Source: Psammoneis japonica (taxonomy: Eukaryota). Taken from it: DNA of 64,000 bases. The position numbers and the translations under genes were made by a program. Numbering within the stretch: position 1 is the stretch's first letter; each line of letters begins with the position of its first letter. Shown here piece by piece: positions 24,227 to 36,528 of this stretch. The notes beneath the pieces are model-generated. The model was not told the origin of the DNA, did not search any database, and saw only the letters and a list, made by a program, of their open reading frames with translations. The stretch covers positions 62,001 to 126,000 of the forward strand of contig QPGO01000174.1 of NCBI GenBank assembly GCA_008632985.1, in the 5' to 3' direction.

Positions 24227-27200
24227 TGACAGGATTTGAGCAGGATTTAGGTGCGCGCGAAATGTCGCGCGCCATTTAGTTTGCCGCACACAGTTTTGTG
24301 TGCTCTTCAGTTCCGCGCGCACGCACGCGATGTGGTTTGCTTTCGAGCCACACGGCTCACAAGAACAATGACAGCAGCCCGATTGTGCCGACTTGCACGT
24401 CTTTCGGCTCCTGTGACGGTCTCTGAGTGGAGACTCATCTGCCATTTAGACAGCAGTGAGGAGTTGTTGTTTGAACTCTTGCCATTTGCCTTCAATTTCT
24501 GTCAGATTGACAGTCTTGCTCATTGTCAACCCATTGAGCAACCGCCATCATCGTCGTTGATTTACTGACGACGCCATTTCAATTCTGCGCGGACCTCCGT
24601 GTGTGTTCTACGTGCACATCGGCAAGTCTGAGCGCATTCAATGCCAGGCATCGACAGGAATTTAACGTCACCGTCAAGTCTCCTTGCCGCTGGAAATCTG
24701 GGTTGATTGTGCTGCCTTTTGTCGCTGAAGACATGCATTCAACGGTTGTCAACAGGAATCATTCGTCTCTCAGAGTCATTGCGTAGAAGTTGTGTAGAAG
24801 AGCACCAGAAATGTTTGTTGTCAGTCTGTCCACCTGTCCACATTCGAATGTCAACTCCTTGGGAAATCAATTGAAATGTCATCTGATCAAGGGCATTGCT
24901 CTTCACCATCTAAATCAAAACACCCTTGGTCAGACAACATTTCAATTGAGTTCCCGAAAAGTTGGCAGCCCTGATCACCCTCTCGTGTGACATTGTGCAC
25001 ATTTCCACACGATTTGGTGTTTTTCCTCATGTGAAATGCCAGTTGTGACTCTTGCGACATTTTTGAATGATTCCTGTTGTCCAAGTCCATCCTTGATCCT
25101 CATCCCTTGACACACCCATTCAACGGTTGATGGTCAAGAACCCCACACATTCAAAGATCTTCGTTGCTGAAGACACATGTGCACATCTTCACGGCCAAGA
25201 AGTTGATCCCACTCTTTGGGCTGCGGCTTTGCCACCACTCCACAAGCACACCGAGTCTGTTGCACCTGATCTGCCCTGGACTGCTGGTGCTCTGCAGTTC
25301 CGCTGGGTCCATGAGGATGACTGTGAGAGCAAGCAGCCGTGATTGCAGCCTGCGTTGGGGCGAGGGTGTTTTCCCGCATTTGTTCGTTCGTCCACAGCAC
25401 CTGGCACCTGCGTCAACTGGCCAGCCTGATCGGGAAATCCAACAGACATAAAATGAGAACGGTTTGGGGGTCTTGTCCACCTCTGGTCAGCTTGCCTGCA
25501 GGGGTTTGCAACCCGCTACTCTGCTTGCAAGCAACCCAAAGCGCCGCTGGCTGCGGGCTCGGATGTGCCGGCACAACTCTACGGACTGGACAGGAAGTTT
25601 AGCACTTGACAACAAACGGGATGGCACAGCCCGGTGACTTCTGATTTTAAGATAGTTCAAGATTTCAAGTCAAGTCCATTTCAAGTCAAGTCCATTCCCA
25701 CTCAAGTTTCAAGTCCACCTCCGCGTCCTGACAAGAATCGCTTGCCCTGACACCGCTTTTGTCCACCATGGTTCTTGCTCGTCAGCAACAAACCGATGGT
25801 TTCGAGCATGTTGTTGGAACCGTGCTTGCCCAAGGTGCTGGAAGCCCTCTTTGTTTGGCTTTGACCCATGACAGCACGGACTCGCACCAAGAACTGTTCA
25901 CGTTCACATGCCTTCCCAAATCAACTCGCTTGAGTGCGACAACGGCACTGATGTGATCCCATTGCCCCAAGGTTATAAGAACATGTTGGCAGCTCCAGTC
26001 AGTCTGCGCATTGTCAAAGCACACAAAGACCTTGATGTTGCCAATGACTCCTTGTTGTTTGCGCATGATGAGTTCCTTGCCTGCCGCCTCAGTCCCGACT
26101 GCATGTCTTCTGTGTCCGTTGGCAGCTCACCTCTTGCACCTCCGCACGTCACCATCCCGACCAAGGCACGCGACCCAGTGCGAGACTTCAAGTGAGGCAT
26201 CAAGCGTGACCCCACTGCTTTCACGGCTCTCAAATCCGACAAGCATCAGTGGCACACTTGGCACACCTCACTTGTGGCACAAGCCCGTGCCCAAGACGTC
26301 GAGTGCATTCTAGACTCGTCGTGCAAACCGACCAGCCCCAAAGACAAACTGCTCTTTGCTGAACAGCAAAAGTGCATGTTCGCCATCTTCGAATGCATCC
26401 TTCTCACCGACAAGGGCAAAGCTCTCATTCGCGAAAATGTGGGGTCTTCTGACGCCCAGACCATCTGCCGCGCCTTGTCCGAGCATGTGCTTGCCTCCAC
26501 CAGTGCATCCATCGAGTCCTCCACCTTGCTCATGCACCTCACCACCGCACGCCTTGGTGATGGCACTTGGAAAGGTCCGACCCACGGGTTCATCCTTCAT
26601 TGGCAGGATCAGTTGTGCAAGTGTGCGGCACTCATCCCGGCCAGCGACCACTTCTCTGAAGGACAGAAGCGCGTCATGCTCGAGGATGCCGCACATCCTG
26701 TCGAGGAACTCCGCGCCATCAAGAACCAAGCTGATCAACATCACACGCAGAGTGGCAAGAGCCTCACATGTGATCAATGTTGTGGCTTGCTCCTCTCCGC
26801 GGCGGCTCAATGCGACAGCACGTTTCAACCCAAGACAACACCTCGAGCTCCCCGCCATGCCATGTGCGCACACAACGTCTGCTCCGAGGAACCATCCGAT
26901 GATGTGTTCCATGACATTGACAGCGACATTGACGCCCTTCAGGCTGACACTGCCCACACCCGCGGTCCCAGCCTCGCCGGCGACCAATGGAAACGTCTCC
27001 CTCCCGACCACCAACGGATTTGGGATTCGTTGCCCAATTCCTCCAAAGCAACCATCCTTGAGCATTCTCGTCCGCCTCCTCACAACCCACGAGCCGGCAA
27101 CCGCCATGAGTCCGTTGCAGTCAACCTTCACTGCCAACAACTTGGGAGCGATGGTGATGTCAACTTGTCCACCACGACTCTTGCTGACTCTGGTGATCCT

Positions 27201-29111
27201 GCTCCAAATGTGGGCGCCACTTCAGCCCATCCCATTCTGGCGCATCTCACCAAGCGCAAGCCACTGCCACCCGGTGATCTGCAACGCCTGTTGTCTCCCA
27301 ACCAAGCCCCCAAAGCCAGTCGACCGGGCCCATCCGCCGCTCCCTCTACCTCGCCTGCTCCTCCAGATGACATGGAACTCAACGGCCGCACTTGCCGCCC
27401 CGTTGACAACCACAATGTCATTTGCTCTGCCTCCGCTCATCGCTCCACACGCACTGGTGCTCTAGTTGATCGTGGAGCCAATGGCGGCATTGCTGGCGAT
27501 GACGTTCGCGTCATTGTGCGCACCTCTCGCCAAGTTGACGTTCAGGGCATTGACGACCATCAATTGGTGGACATCAGTGTGCGACCCGCTGCCACCGATC
27601 CTTCCGTTCGAAACCCATGTCTTGATCCTCCTGATGGGGAGCCACCTGAACCCATCATCAAATCTTGCCATGACGACAACCCCATCGATTCACCTGATGG
27701 GGAGATCAGGACACCCAAGATGCCAGTTTTTGATCCACAAGACATCATCGGACGCACCTTCCTCATGCAGCCACAAGAGGATGGACAATGCCACAGAGCT
27801 CGCATCGTCAAGGCCGTTGAAGATCACAACTGGAAAGTGAACGGCAACCCCAAGCTCACTGAGTTAGTCTGCTCTGTCAACAACGATGAATGCGAGGAAG
27901 TCCTGGCCTGCAACGACATCATGAATCACATTGAGCAAGAAGATGAAGACACTGCTGTTTGAAAATTTCGACGCATTGTGTCACATGAAGGACCTCTGAA
28001 GCCTCATGACCCAACCTGGAAAGGCTCAAGCTGCAACATCATGCTTGAATGGGAAAGTGGGGAGATCACGTCCGAGCCTCTTGCCATCATCGCCAAGGAC
28101 GACCCTGTCACCTGCGCCATCCATGCACGAGAGAATGGACTTCTTGACACTGATGGCTGGAAGCAGTTCCGCACCATCGCGAGGCGCCAGAAGAAGCTGT
28201 TCCACATGGCCAACCAAGCCAAGCTTCGCTCCTTCCACACTGCACCTCGCCACAAGTGTGGATGCGGAGTTCCCCGGAACTGCAAACACGCCATGTTCCT
28301 AGACGAATGCAATGGCAACCGCAAATGGGGAGACACAACCAATCTCGAGATGGACCAACTCGATGAACACGAAGTCTTTCATGACTGCGGGCCCTCTGAG
28401 TCTTCCACTCCTCCTGCAGGACACAAGAAGATCCGAGTGCACCCAGTGCACGACGTGAAACACGATGGCCGCCACAAGGCACGACTCGAGCAGATTGTCG
28501 ACCTGCGCATTACCCTGCGTTGCCTCAGCATCCCGATCCGTGACATCAGTTGCCTGTTCGGTGACAACAAGTCGGTTGTGGACAGTGCCACCATCCCGCA
28601 CTCCAAGTTACACAAGCAACACACCGCTCTCTCATTCCATTGTGTGCATGAGGCGATTGCCTCTGGTCACCTTGAGCTCCACTTCATCGAAGGCCCCCGC
28701 AACCCTGCTGACATTCTTGGCAAGCATTGGGGTTGCTCCCAAATCTGGGACCTTCTCTGTCCCCTCATGTTTTGGAACTTCATTCCATTCGAAGTCGAAT
28801 CTGTTTCTGTGACTCCTCAAGCAAACTGGGGAGTGACAGGATTTGAACAGGATTCAGGTGCGAGCGAAATGTCGCGCGCCATTTAGTTTGCCGCGCACAG
28901 TTTTGTGTGCTCTTTAGTTCCGCGCGTGCGTGCGCGATGCAGTTTGCTTTCGAGCCACACGGCTCACAAGAACAACAACAGTGGCCCGATTGTGCTGACT
29001 TGCACGTCTTTCGGCTCCTGCAACGGTCTCTGAGCGGAGACTCATCTGCCATTTAGACAGCAGCAAGGAGTCATTGTTTGAATTCTTGCCATTTGCCTTC
29101 AATTTCTGTCA
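24227..29111 (+). mobile_element. Copia (CoDi-like) element A, internally deleted, nested in Gypsy B pol
   Basis: 278-bp LTRs at 24227-24504 and 28834-29111, perfect TSD CTGTT, PPT ctggggag. Gag and protease (LVDRGANGG) present; integrase core and most of RT deleted relative to 56342-63226; RNase H tail FGDNKSVV...NPADIL. The Gypsy sequence resumes exactly after the TSD. Confidence 0.97.
24757..25085. repeat. Third copy of the hairpin-bearing repeat, in the Copia A 5' untranslated region
   Basis: Collinear with 11316-11900; hairpin at 24871-24945. Confidence 0.8.
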
Positions 29112-32100
29112 CTGTTGATCCCTCTGCTGAGTCTCACACCTTTTTTTCTCTTCTTGATGAGCCCAAATTGCTTGAATGCTTTTTGAACCACCCGACATTG
29201 GATGAGATGCCAAATCCCACCAAGACTTTGCAGGTGCAACAGCACCAATTTGAAGACCACCAACTGAATCAGCAGTGACAACAGAACCCTCAGAAACTCG
29301 TGGTCAAGATTGTGAGTCAGAGTCCTGTCCTCACATGTTGTCATTTACATTTGAATGATCCACCTGAAGCATGGAAAATTTGCATTTCTGCTGCAATGTT
29401 GCCTGACATCCTCACGTGGCATCACCGTGTGTTGGGTCATTGTGGAGTTGTGCATTTGCATGAAAGCATTTGCACTCACCTGCATCATCCTGCATTGCAT
29501 CAATGTTGTGATGAATTTGCATGCAACATGTGTCAATGCTTCAAACAACTTGGTCCTGGATGTGAAGAGTTGCCCCAACGCCAAGCACCATCAGCTCCAT
29601 GGTCAAAAGCAGCGGTTGATCTCATTGGGCCATGGAAAATGATGATTCAAGATCAAATGATTGAATTCAGTGCTCTCACTTGCATTGACACTGTTGCTGG
29701 ACTGACTGAACTTGTGCGCATTGATGACAAAACTTCTCAACACATTGCTGACAAGTTCCGCAACCTTTGGTTGGCTCATTGTCCCAGACCAAATCGATGC
29801 ATCCATGACAATGGTGATGAGTTCATTGGTTGGGAGTTTCAAATGTCATTGAATCAAGCTGGTGTTGCTGATGCTCCAATGATGTTGCACAATCCTGCAG
29901 CCAATTCCATCTGTGAACAAATGCACCAAACAGTGGCTGACATTTTGTGAACTGTGGTTGTGGCTGACCCACCTTTGAATGTTCAACAGGCCAAGCAGAT
30001 TGTGAACGATGCCCTTGCTGCAGCCTCTTGTGCTTTGCAATGCTCCCATTCAAGGCCTGTGGGTGTTTCAAGTGGAGCTCCAGTGTTTCAACGTGATGTG
30101 ATTTTGGACCCACCCATTTTCTCCGACCTTGCTGCGATGCAAGCCAACCGACAAGTGCCCACAAACAAAAGCCCATGATGACAAAATGCAAAGCATCATT
30201 CCCATGATTGTCCAGTGGGACAAGATGCATTGATCAAGTCCGTGGATCTGTCAAAGCCAGAAGCCATTTTGAACTGTGCAAGTCCATGCCAACAGGACAG
30301 TTTTGGTGCTGCAAACACCACACTTCATTGAACAAATTAATTGGCATTTGTTGCATGGTGCTGTGTTGGAGTTGAGGGTTTCTTCCCAACATCTGGGTTC
30401 CCTTCTCCGTGCATGTTTCAGTTTAAATTTGAGCCAAGTGGTTCCAATGGTGCACGCATTTCTTGCACCATGGAGGGGAAGAGTGAACGAGACAGGCACA
30501 TGTGCTCTATGACTGAGTGTGCCCTCTCTGATGTGCGCACATTAACTGACACATTGGACATTCAAGGGACCATTGGAAGTCCACTCCAATCAGCGATTGA
30601 ACTGATGGATCCCTTCTTGGTTCCCTCACAACCTTCTTTGTCAAGTCATCTCAAGCCAGATCTTGCAGTGACCCAGTGCTCTGCACCCCACCATGTGAAA
30701 GGCCTTGCGTGGAGGGACCATGGCTCAAACACTTCCACTCAAATGTTCTGCCCAGTGTTTGTCCACCCTTCCAACACTCCTGTGCTTTTTGCATGGCAAA
30801 ACACACTGTCCCACCATGATGAGTGTGTTGATTGCGGTGGCATCAACATTGACACGGGAAGTGGAATCGGGACATGAGTGTCTTTCTCACACCCACAAGA
30901 AGGTTCCTGCATGGCGGCTCTGCTTTCCAAACTCCATTTGAGTCATGTTTGTGCATTTGAGTGACTCACCCTCATTTCTGTGCCATTTGCTGCCTCCAAC
31001 AGAGTGCGAGTGACAAGCTGAAGACCCCATCGCAAGAGGTTCTCCCATTGTTGATGCATGCATTGAACAGTTTAAAGAAAAACAATGGTGGCTTCAAATT
31101 AATCATGACTCCTTTTGCTGGATTCGCAGCAGCAGCCTGCCAGCATGCCAGCAGACTGGAAGTGTTGGAGCCAATGGCATCATCATTTGCACTGGATGTT
31201 CACATTGTTGTGGTTGTCATGCCTTGAGAATTGACAGATTAAGTCTTTTCCTTTTTGCAAACAAGCACATCTTGACTGTGTTTGTCCAATGCCAAGAAGT
31301 CTTCAATCATGTCATTTTGGAAATGTGTCACATCTAGACTGCCGTGTGTGACATCAACAATCTTCTTGGTGGTGATGCAAATGACACAATCTCATGTTTG
31401 GCAATGGTGTCTAAGCTGATCCATGTGCCAGGCCTGTGGCTGGCCACAATGTCCCACCATTCACATGGTGGTCCTTTGGCATGACTGCCCAATTTTTTTA
31501 GCTTGTCTGCACTGCTTGGTCCACGCCATTTTGTTTGCAGTGTGAGGGATTGTTTTGACCCACAGCATTTTGACTTCAGGGTGCGGCCAGACACCTCAGT
31601 TTGTTTTTGCCAAGGGCTCGTCCCCAAAACTCCCCCTGTGAGATCTTTGCCTTTTGACTGGCTCTTCTGCAGGGAGCATGAGCTCCTGGAGAGTCACCGT
31701 GAATGACACCTTGTCATTTGCATGCTTGGTGCATGAACGAACAAAAAGTTGTGCAATGGGAATTCCCCATGCTTCCCCTGTGTGATTTGATGCACACTCT
31801 GCATGCACTGCAGCTGTCAGCTTTGTTTAGACACCACACACCAGCCACCTTCTACATGTTGCCACTTCAACAGCTCGGAGTGACGCCCATTGAAAATGGC
31901 AGCTGGCGTGGCTTCTCTGTGGCTGCTGCATCTTCCGTTGCCAAGTTCATGCCACCTGATTTTTTTCTGATGCCATGTGCAGCTGGTGCTGCATGTTTCT
32001 CATTGTGGCACACATGTTCTTTCCATTCAGGCGACACCCAACATGTCAATTGACCCTTGCAGCACTGCCTCTTCAACAGCTGCTCCATTTGTTGCCACAT

Positions 32101-32299
32101 TGATGCAGCATCTTTTCTTTGCCACACTGATTTTGCAATTTTCTTTTTTTGATGCCATGCATCAAGCATGTTTTTCTTTGAGATCTGTGGCTGCATGTTT
32201 TCGTTTGTGCACTCACCTGCATCTTTTTCACCCAGTTTCACACACCCTCGTCTTTGTTGTTCACACTTCAGGGTTTCACTTTTTCTCACAAAATGCTTG

Positions 32300-35200
32300 T
32301 TGGCACATGAGTGACAAAGAGCAGCAGGATGATGCTTGCACAATTGTCAGCTGCAGCGTTGCCACTGTTGCCAAGGATGAGGAGCTCCCAGTGATCACAA
32401 GCATCTGGAATGATGAGTTTGCATCCAAGGAAGCAGCCAGCTGGACATGCAGCTGGTGCAAGCAGTTGCACAAATGGCTTGGTGCAATGAAAGGTGTTGC
32501 CCATCTCTGCAAGATCAAGAGTGTGCATGTCAAGACCTGCAATGGCAAGATCTCCAAGAACTGTGCCAAGGTGGTGTCACAGAGACTGAGCAATTCTTCG
32601 CAAGAATGAATGGCAGCCAAGAGATGAGCAACAGCTGCCACCAAAGATGCTGTGGCTGAGGCCAACAAAGCACCAATGGCTGCTTTGTTGGCCAAGTGGC
32701 AGCGCAGCAGCAGTGCCATGGGATGCATCCATCCACAGATCCAAACATCCACAATGGCCTCCTGCTTGGCTGGCTCTTGTGGAGGTGGAGCCACTTCCAG
32801 CTCCAACCAGCAGTCAGGAGTGGCGCAAATCAAGCCATGCTTGCTGCAGCAATTGCTGACCTTTGTCACTCCCATGGGCTGCCATTTGCCTTGGCCACAA
32901 CTGCCCATTTTAAGTGAGTGGTGATGCTGGCTGGCAAGGACAGTTTGCAGTGGCACCTGTGCAGACTTCCTGACAACAAGAAAGTTGGAGGTGCCCTGAA
33001 TTTCCAATGCACCCAGAGCAACAAGAGGGCAATGCTTGCTGAATCCAAGATGTTTGGTGTCTCTTTTTTGGGCAACAGAGCCACCATTAAAAAACCACCC
33101 CTTTTCAATGCATTGGGAAGATTCGCTGCCAACATCCCACCAACGGCACTGGAGACACACAATTGCAAGGAGAACATGGTGGGAGGAGGTAAAAAGGATG
33201 CACCTTGCATTGGGAGCTTGATCCGCAGAAGCATCTGTTTGATGTGCTCTTTTTTGATGGGGCCTTCAACATTCAGAAAGTGGGGCAGATGCCAGAAGTT
33301 GAGTGCCCCTGAGCTTCCTGTCTGCATGGAGCCAAGCACTGCATTGTGCTGTTTGTTCATGACATGTCCAAGATGAAGCCCATGCAGGTGAGTGTGATTG
33401 TGTGTTTTAACTCTTTGTTTGCCACAGTGACACGTGCGCCATTTTTTATTTTGCGTGCTGCAAAACATGGCCACCATCAACAACACAACCAAATGGCACT
33501 TTGCTGTTCAGAGTTGTTGCAATGGACAGTGCCCCCATGCCATGCAGTGTGATTGTCAATGTGGCAAAATGTGATGTGACAGCTTTGTTTGTGGTTTGTT
33601 GTTGTGTTGGCATTGTTTTTTCACGTCTTCACTCACCTGCTCTGGTGTCAGCATTTCTTGCATCACAGCAGGTGTGACTGACTGTCACCAACAGAATCAG
33701 TGTTGTTGTTTTCATTGTCAGCAGGACGGAATCTGGTGGAATGTCAAACAAACAGGTGAGCACACATCACAGCATCATTGCTCTGTTGTGTCAGATTGTC
33801 CTTTCTTGCACCTCACATTCCCTCAGCTGACGACCCTTGCTTTTTGTGCCACTGTTTCTTGCTTTTCACAAAGACAACAGAAAGACATGTTGCCATTCGT
33901 GATTGTTGACATGGCAAGGCACATTGTGACAGCTTGGACTGGGTTGTTGTTGTGTTTTTGATGCGTTTTCAATTTGTGGTTTCTCGCCAGCTCTTGTCAG
34001 CATTTCTTGCATCACAACAAGTGCAGCCAACGAAGGCTGACAGAGTTGGCAATGCTGTTTTTGTCACCCTGCTGACAGAATCAGGTGGAACATCAAACAA
34101 ATGGGCAAGCATGCAACACAATGTTGTTGTTCTTCAGATTGTGAAACCCAAGAAGGAAACACCAGTTGTTGCAGTTGAGGGTTCGAAAAACCTTTGACTT
34201 CAGAGACTCAAGTCCTGGAGCCAGATTGAAAGAAGAATGCTCACACATGATTGTGAAATGACAACTCCATGCAGCTAAAAATTGTGGACCCATTGCACTG
34301 CATGCCATTTGTTGTTGTTGACAAACCTGCTTCAGCGTGCAGTGCTGAGAAACAAAAAATGTGCATTGTCAGCACATGATGCCAAGGTGCTGCATGAAAT
34401 GCACTGAGCAACAAACAACAATGCAAGAGACAGCAACACAAACATGTTTTGGACAACAAACAAACAAAAGCTTGCCTGCATCTGTCTCTTTTGCCCTCCA
34501 CCCACATTTCAAATCCAACAGCATTGAACATGACAACCGTTTCCAAAAATGTTCTTCCCAAAGGAAGGACAACTTCTTAAAAAGTGGTGGGTGTCCTTGC
34601 CATTCCTGCAGCATCAGCACTGACAGCTGAATCCACTGCCATGCCATCAATGGTGTGCTCTCTGTTGATTCTGATGCAACATGGGAGTGCAGCCAGAAAA
34701 CCTGTGTCCAGCATGTGATGCCAAGGCATTGCATGAAATGTGTTGAGCAACAAATGACAACACAAGAGACAACAATGTTGCTCACATTGATGACAAAACA
34801 AAAAGCTTGCCTGCATCTCTTTTGCCTCCTTCTGCAACTCAAAGCATGGTTCACAGCTGCAGTGTCTCAAACAGCAGCAACAACAGTGGCCTCATGAACA
34901 CAGTCAAATTGCTGCAGCAGAACAAGCGGCAATGATGGCAAGCACATGAATGAAATCAAAATGCAATTGGACAATGGAGGACATCACCTGTCATGGTGGT
35001 TTTGCCTCAATGGCAAAGACAATGTCATTGTCACAGCTCTTGGCACAGCCAACCTGTGCGGTGTGTCCAATCCATTCTGGCAAACAAAGAGTTGACCGTT
35101 TCTTCACAAAGGCATTGCTCTCATTCATCTGCTGTCTCTTTTGACCTGGATTTTGCCAGACCATGACACTGTGAGTAAAGTGCCTTTGTCATGTGTTTGG

Positions 35201-36528
35201 CTCCAGTTCAAGTCATGATGATCATGCTGTTTTTATGAACAAGTCAAAGCCAGTCAATGATGGAAGAGTCGCGTGTCTCCTCAAAGTTGCAGACACTGGA
35301 ATGACAACCTTTTTCCTTCCATGCACCAAGCCTTGCACCTCCAAAACATTCTCTGGTCTAAGAAAAAAAGAGATTGATTGCAGGGCCACCTGCAACATTG
35401 CAGATGAAAATTGCTGGCAGTCTGCATGCTGCTTGCTGTGCAGTGTGTTCCCCACTCTCTTGGTCTTGTGTCTTGCTGCTGATTCAAATCATCCTGGCAG
35501 GGACAAACACTGCTCTGCCACACCAAAAGGACCGCTGGGGCCAGCCTCAATGATGAGACTCATTTCCCTCTCCAAGCTGCCATCAGTGCAGCTGACATCA
35601 AAGATGCAACTTGTGACAACTCACATGATGATGATGCAAAAAATGACTCTAATGATGATTGCAGTGCTGACAACAATGACAACAACACCAAGTCAGGTGA
35701 CAATGGGCCTTGTGCAGTCAACCTGGCAACAATGTTCAGGAGGCAGGCATGGAACAAGTGGCAAGAAAAGTTGCAGAGCAAGTTTGCCAAAGTTGCTTGG
35801 CTTTTTGTGTGTGTGTCCAGAGGTTGGAGAAGATGCAGGTGCTGGGTCAACTTGGGAGGATCAAAATGACATCAGGGAAGTTGCAGCAAAGCTTTTCTTG
35901 TGAGATGAAGAGCCAACATTGCCACCAACCTGGATGCATTTTGGATGGAGTGCAAGCACTTTGCCAGCAAGACTGGGCCATTCAGTTTCACGAGCAGGTG
36001 GAATGTTCCTGATGTTGCCAATGATGGCATGAAAAATGCTCCCTCCCACAAACCAAGGTTCTTGGGTTTGTTGCTTGCTGGTCCATGTCCAAGTTATTTG
36101 GCAAGAGGTCATGGGGGGCATGAAGCAGCTCAAGACTGACAAGCACTCTCATCTGAGTGGAGACAAGACAGCAGGCCATCACATGCACCATGGCATGGCT
36201 TGAGGAAGCCAGGTGCAAGAGAGTCAAGAAGGAGAAACTGGACTCCGGCAAAGGGGGCATGTGGGGAGATGATGACATTGAGTTTGACCTGCTGGTTTTG
36301 AAAAGTTTGGGGTGGATGCAGAGAATTTGAGAGAGCCTCCAAAAAATTCAGGTGCCAGTTGGAGGGCTGGGAGAAGCTGCTGCTCAAGAAGAGTGATCCA
36401 GTTGCATGGGCCAAGCTGCTGGAGAAGTTCAGGGCTTAAAATTTTGTGTGTTGGATGAGGACTTCACTTGCACCATTTTGAGCTGCAACCTTGACTTCCA
36501 GAAGGGCCAAAGTGGCGGGTGGTGTGTC
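32300..36528 (+). mobile_element. Degenerate hAT-family DNA transposase, interrupted; continues at about 41671-41880
   Basis: BED-like WTCSWC...KGVAHL...KTC, IADLCHSHGLPF, FGVSFLGNRATIKK, GGKKDA, FFDGAFNIQK, CLHGAKH and LLKVADTGM motifs. The reading continues across the Gypsy C insertion (GGWCV|LTMPPDC). Confidence 0.75.
33600..34980. repeat. Dispersed non-coding repeat interrupting the hAT transposase
   Basis: 33640-33930 is similar to 44930-45200. 34340-34520 is similar to 34700-34840. 34800-34980 is similar to 8845-9000. Confidence 0.65.

Larger units (their letters stand above)
19824..30667 (+). mobile_element. Gypsy LTR retrotransposon B (same family as A) with two nested insertions
   Basis: 5' LTR 19824-20429 (interrupted) and 3' LTR 30484-30667 after PPT ggaggggaagag. 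TSD ATGAC/GTGAC (one mismatch). Gag and pol are collinear with element A; RT motif reads NCVDD; RNase H TNASD...EKELLA; integrase at about 29120-30370. Confidence 0.95.

Noticed and set aside
26274..27962. Alternative genetic code (Cys/His codons read as Tyr)
   Set aside because: Host genes use TAY normally, homologous copies differ (Cys versus His) at the same site, and non-coding LTRs show the same changes.
14513..30667. Classical RIP or CpG deamination alone as the explanation
   Set aside because: RIP increases TpA. CpG decay explains Arg changes but not loss of conserved Tyr or TA/CA and TA/TG LTR pairs. It contributes only as a second process.
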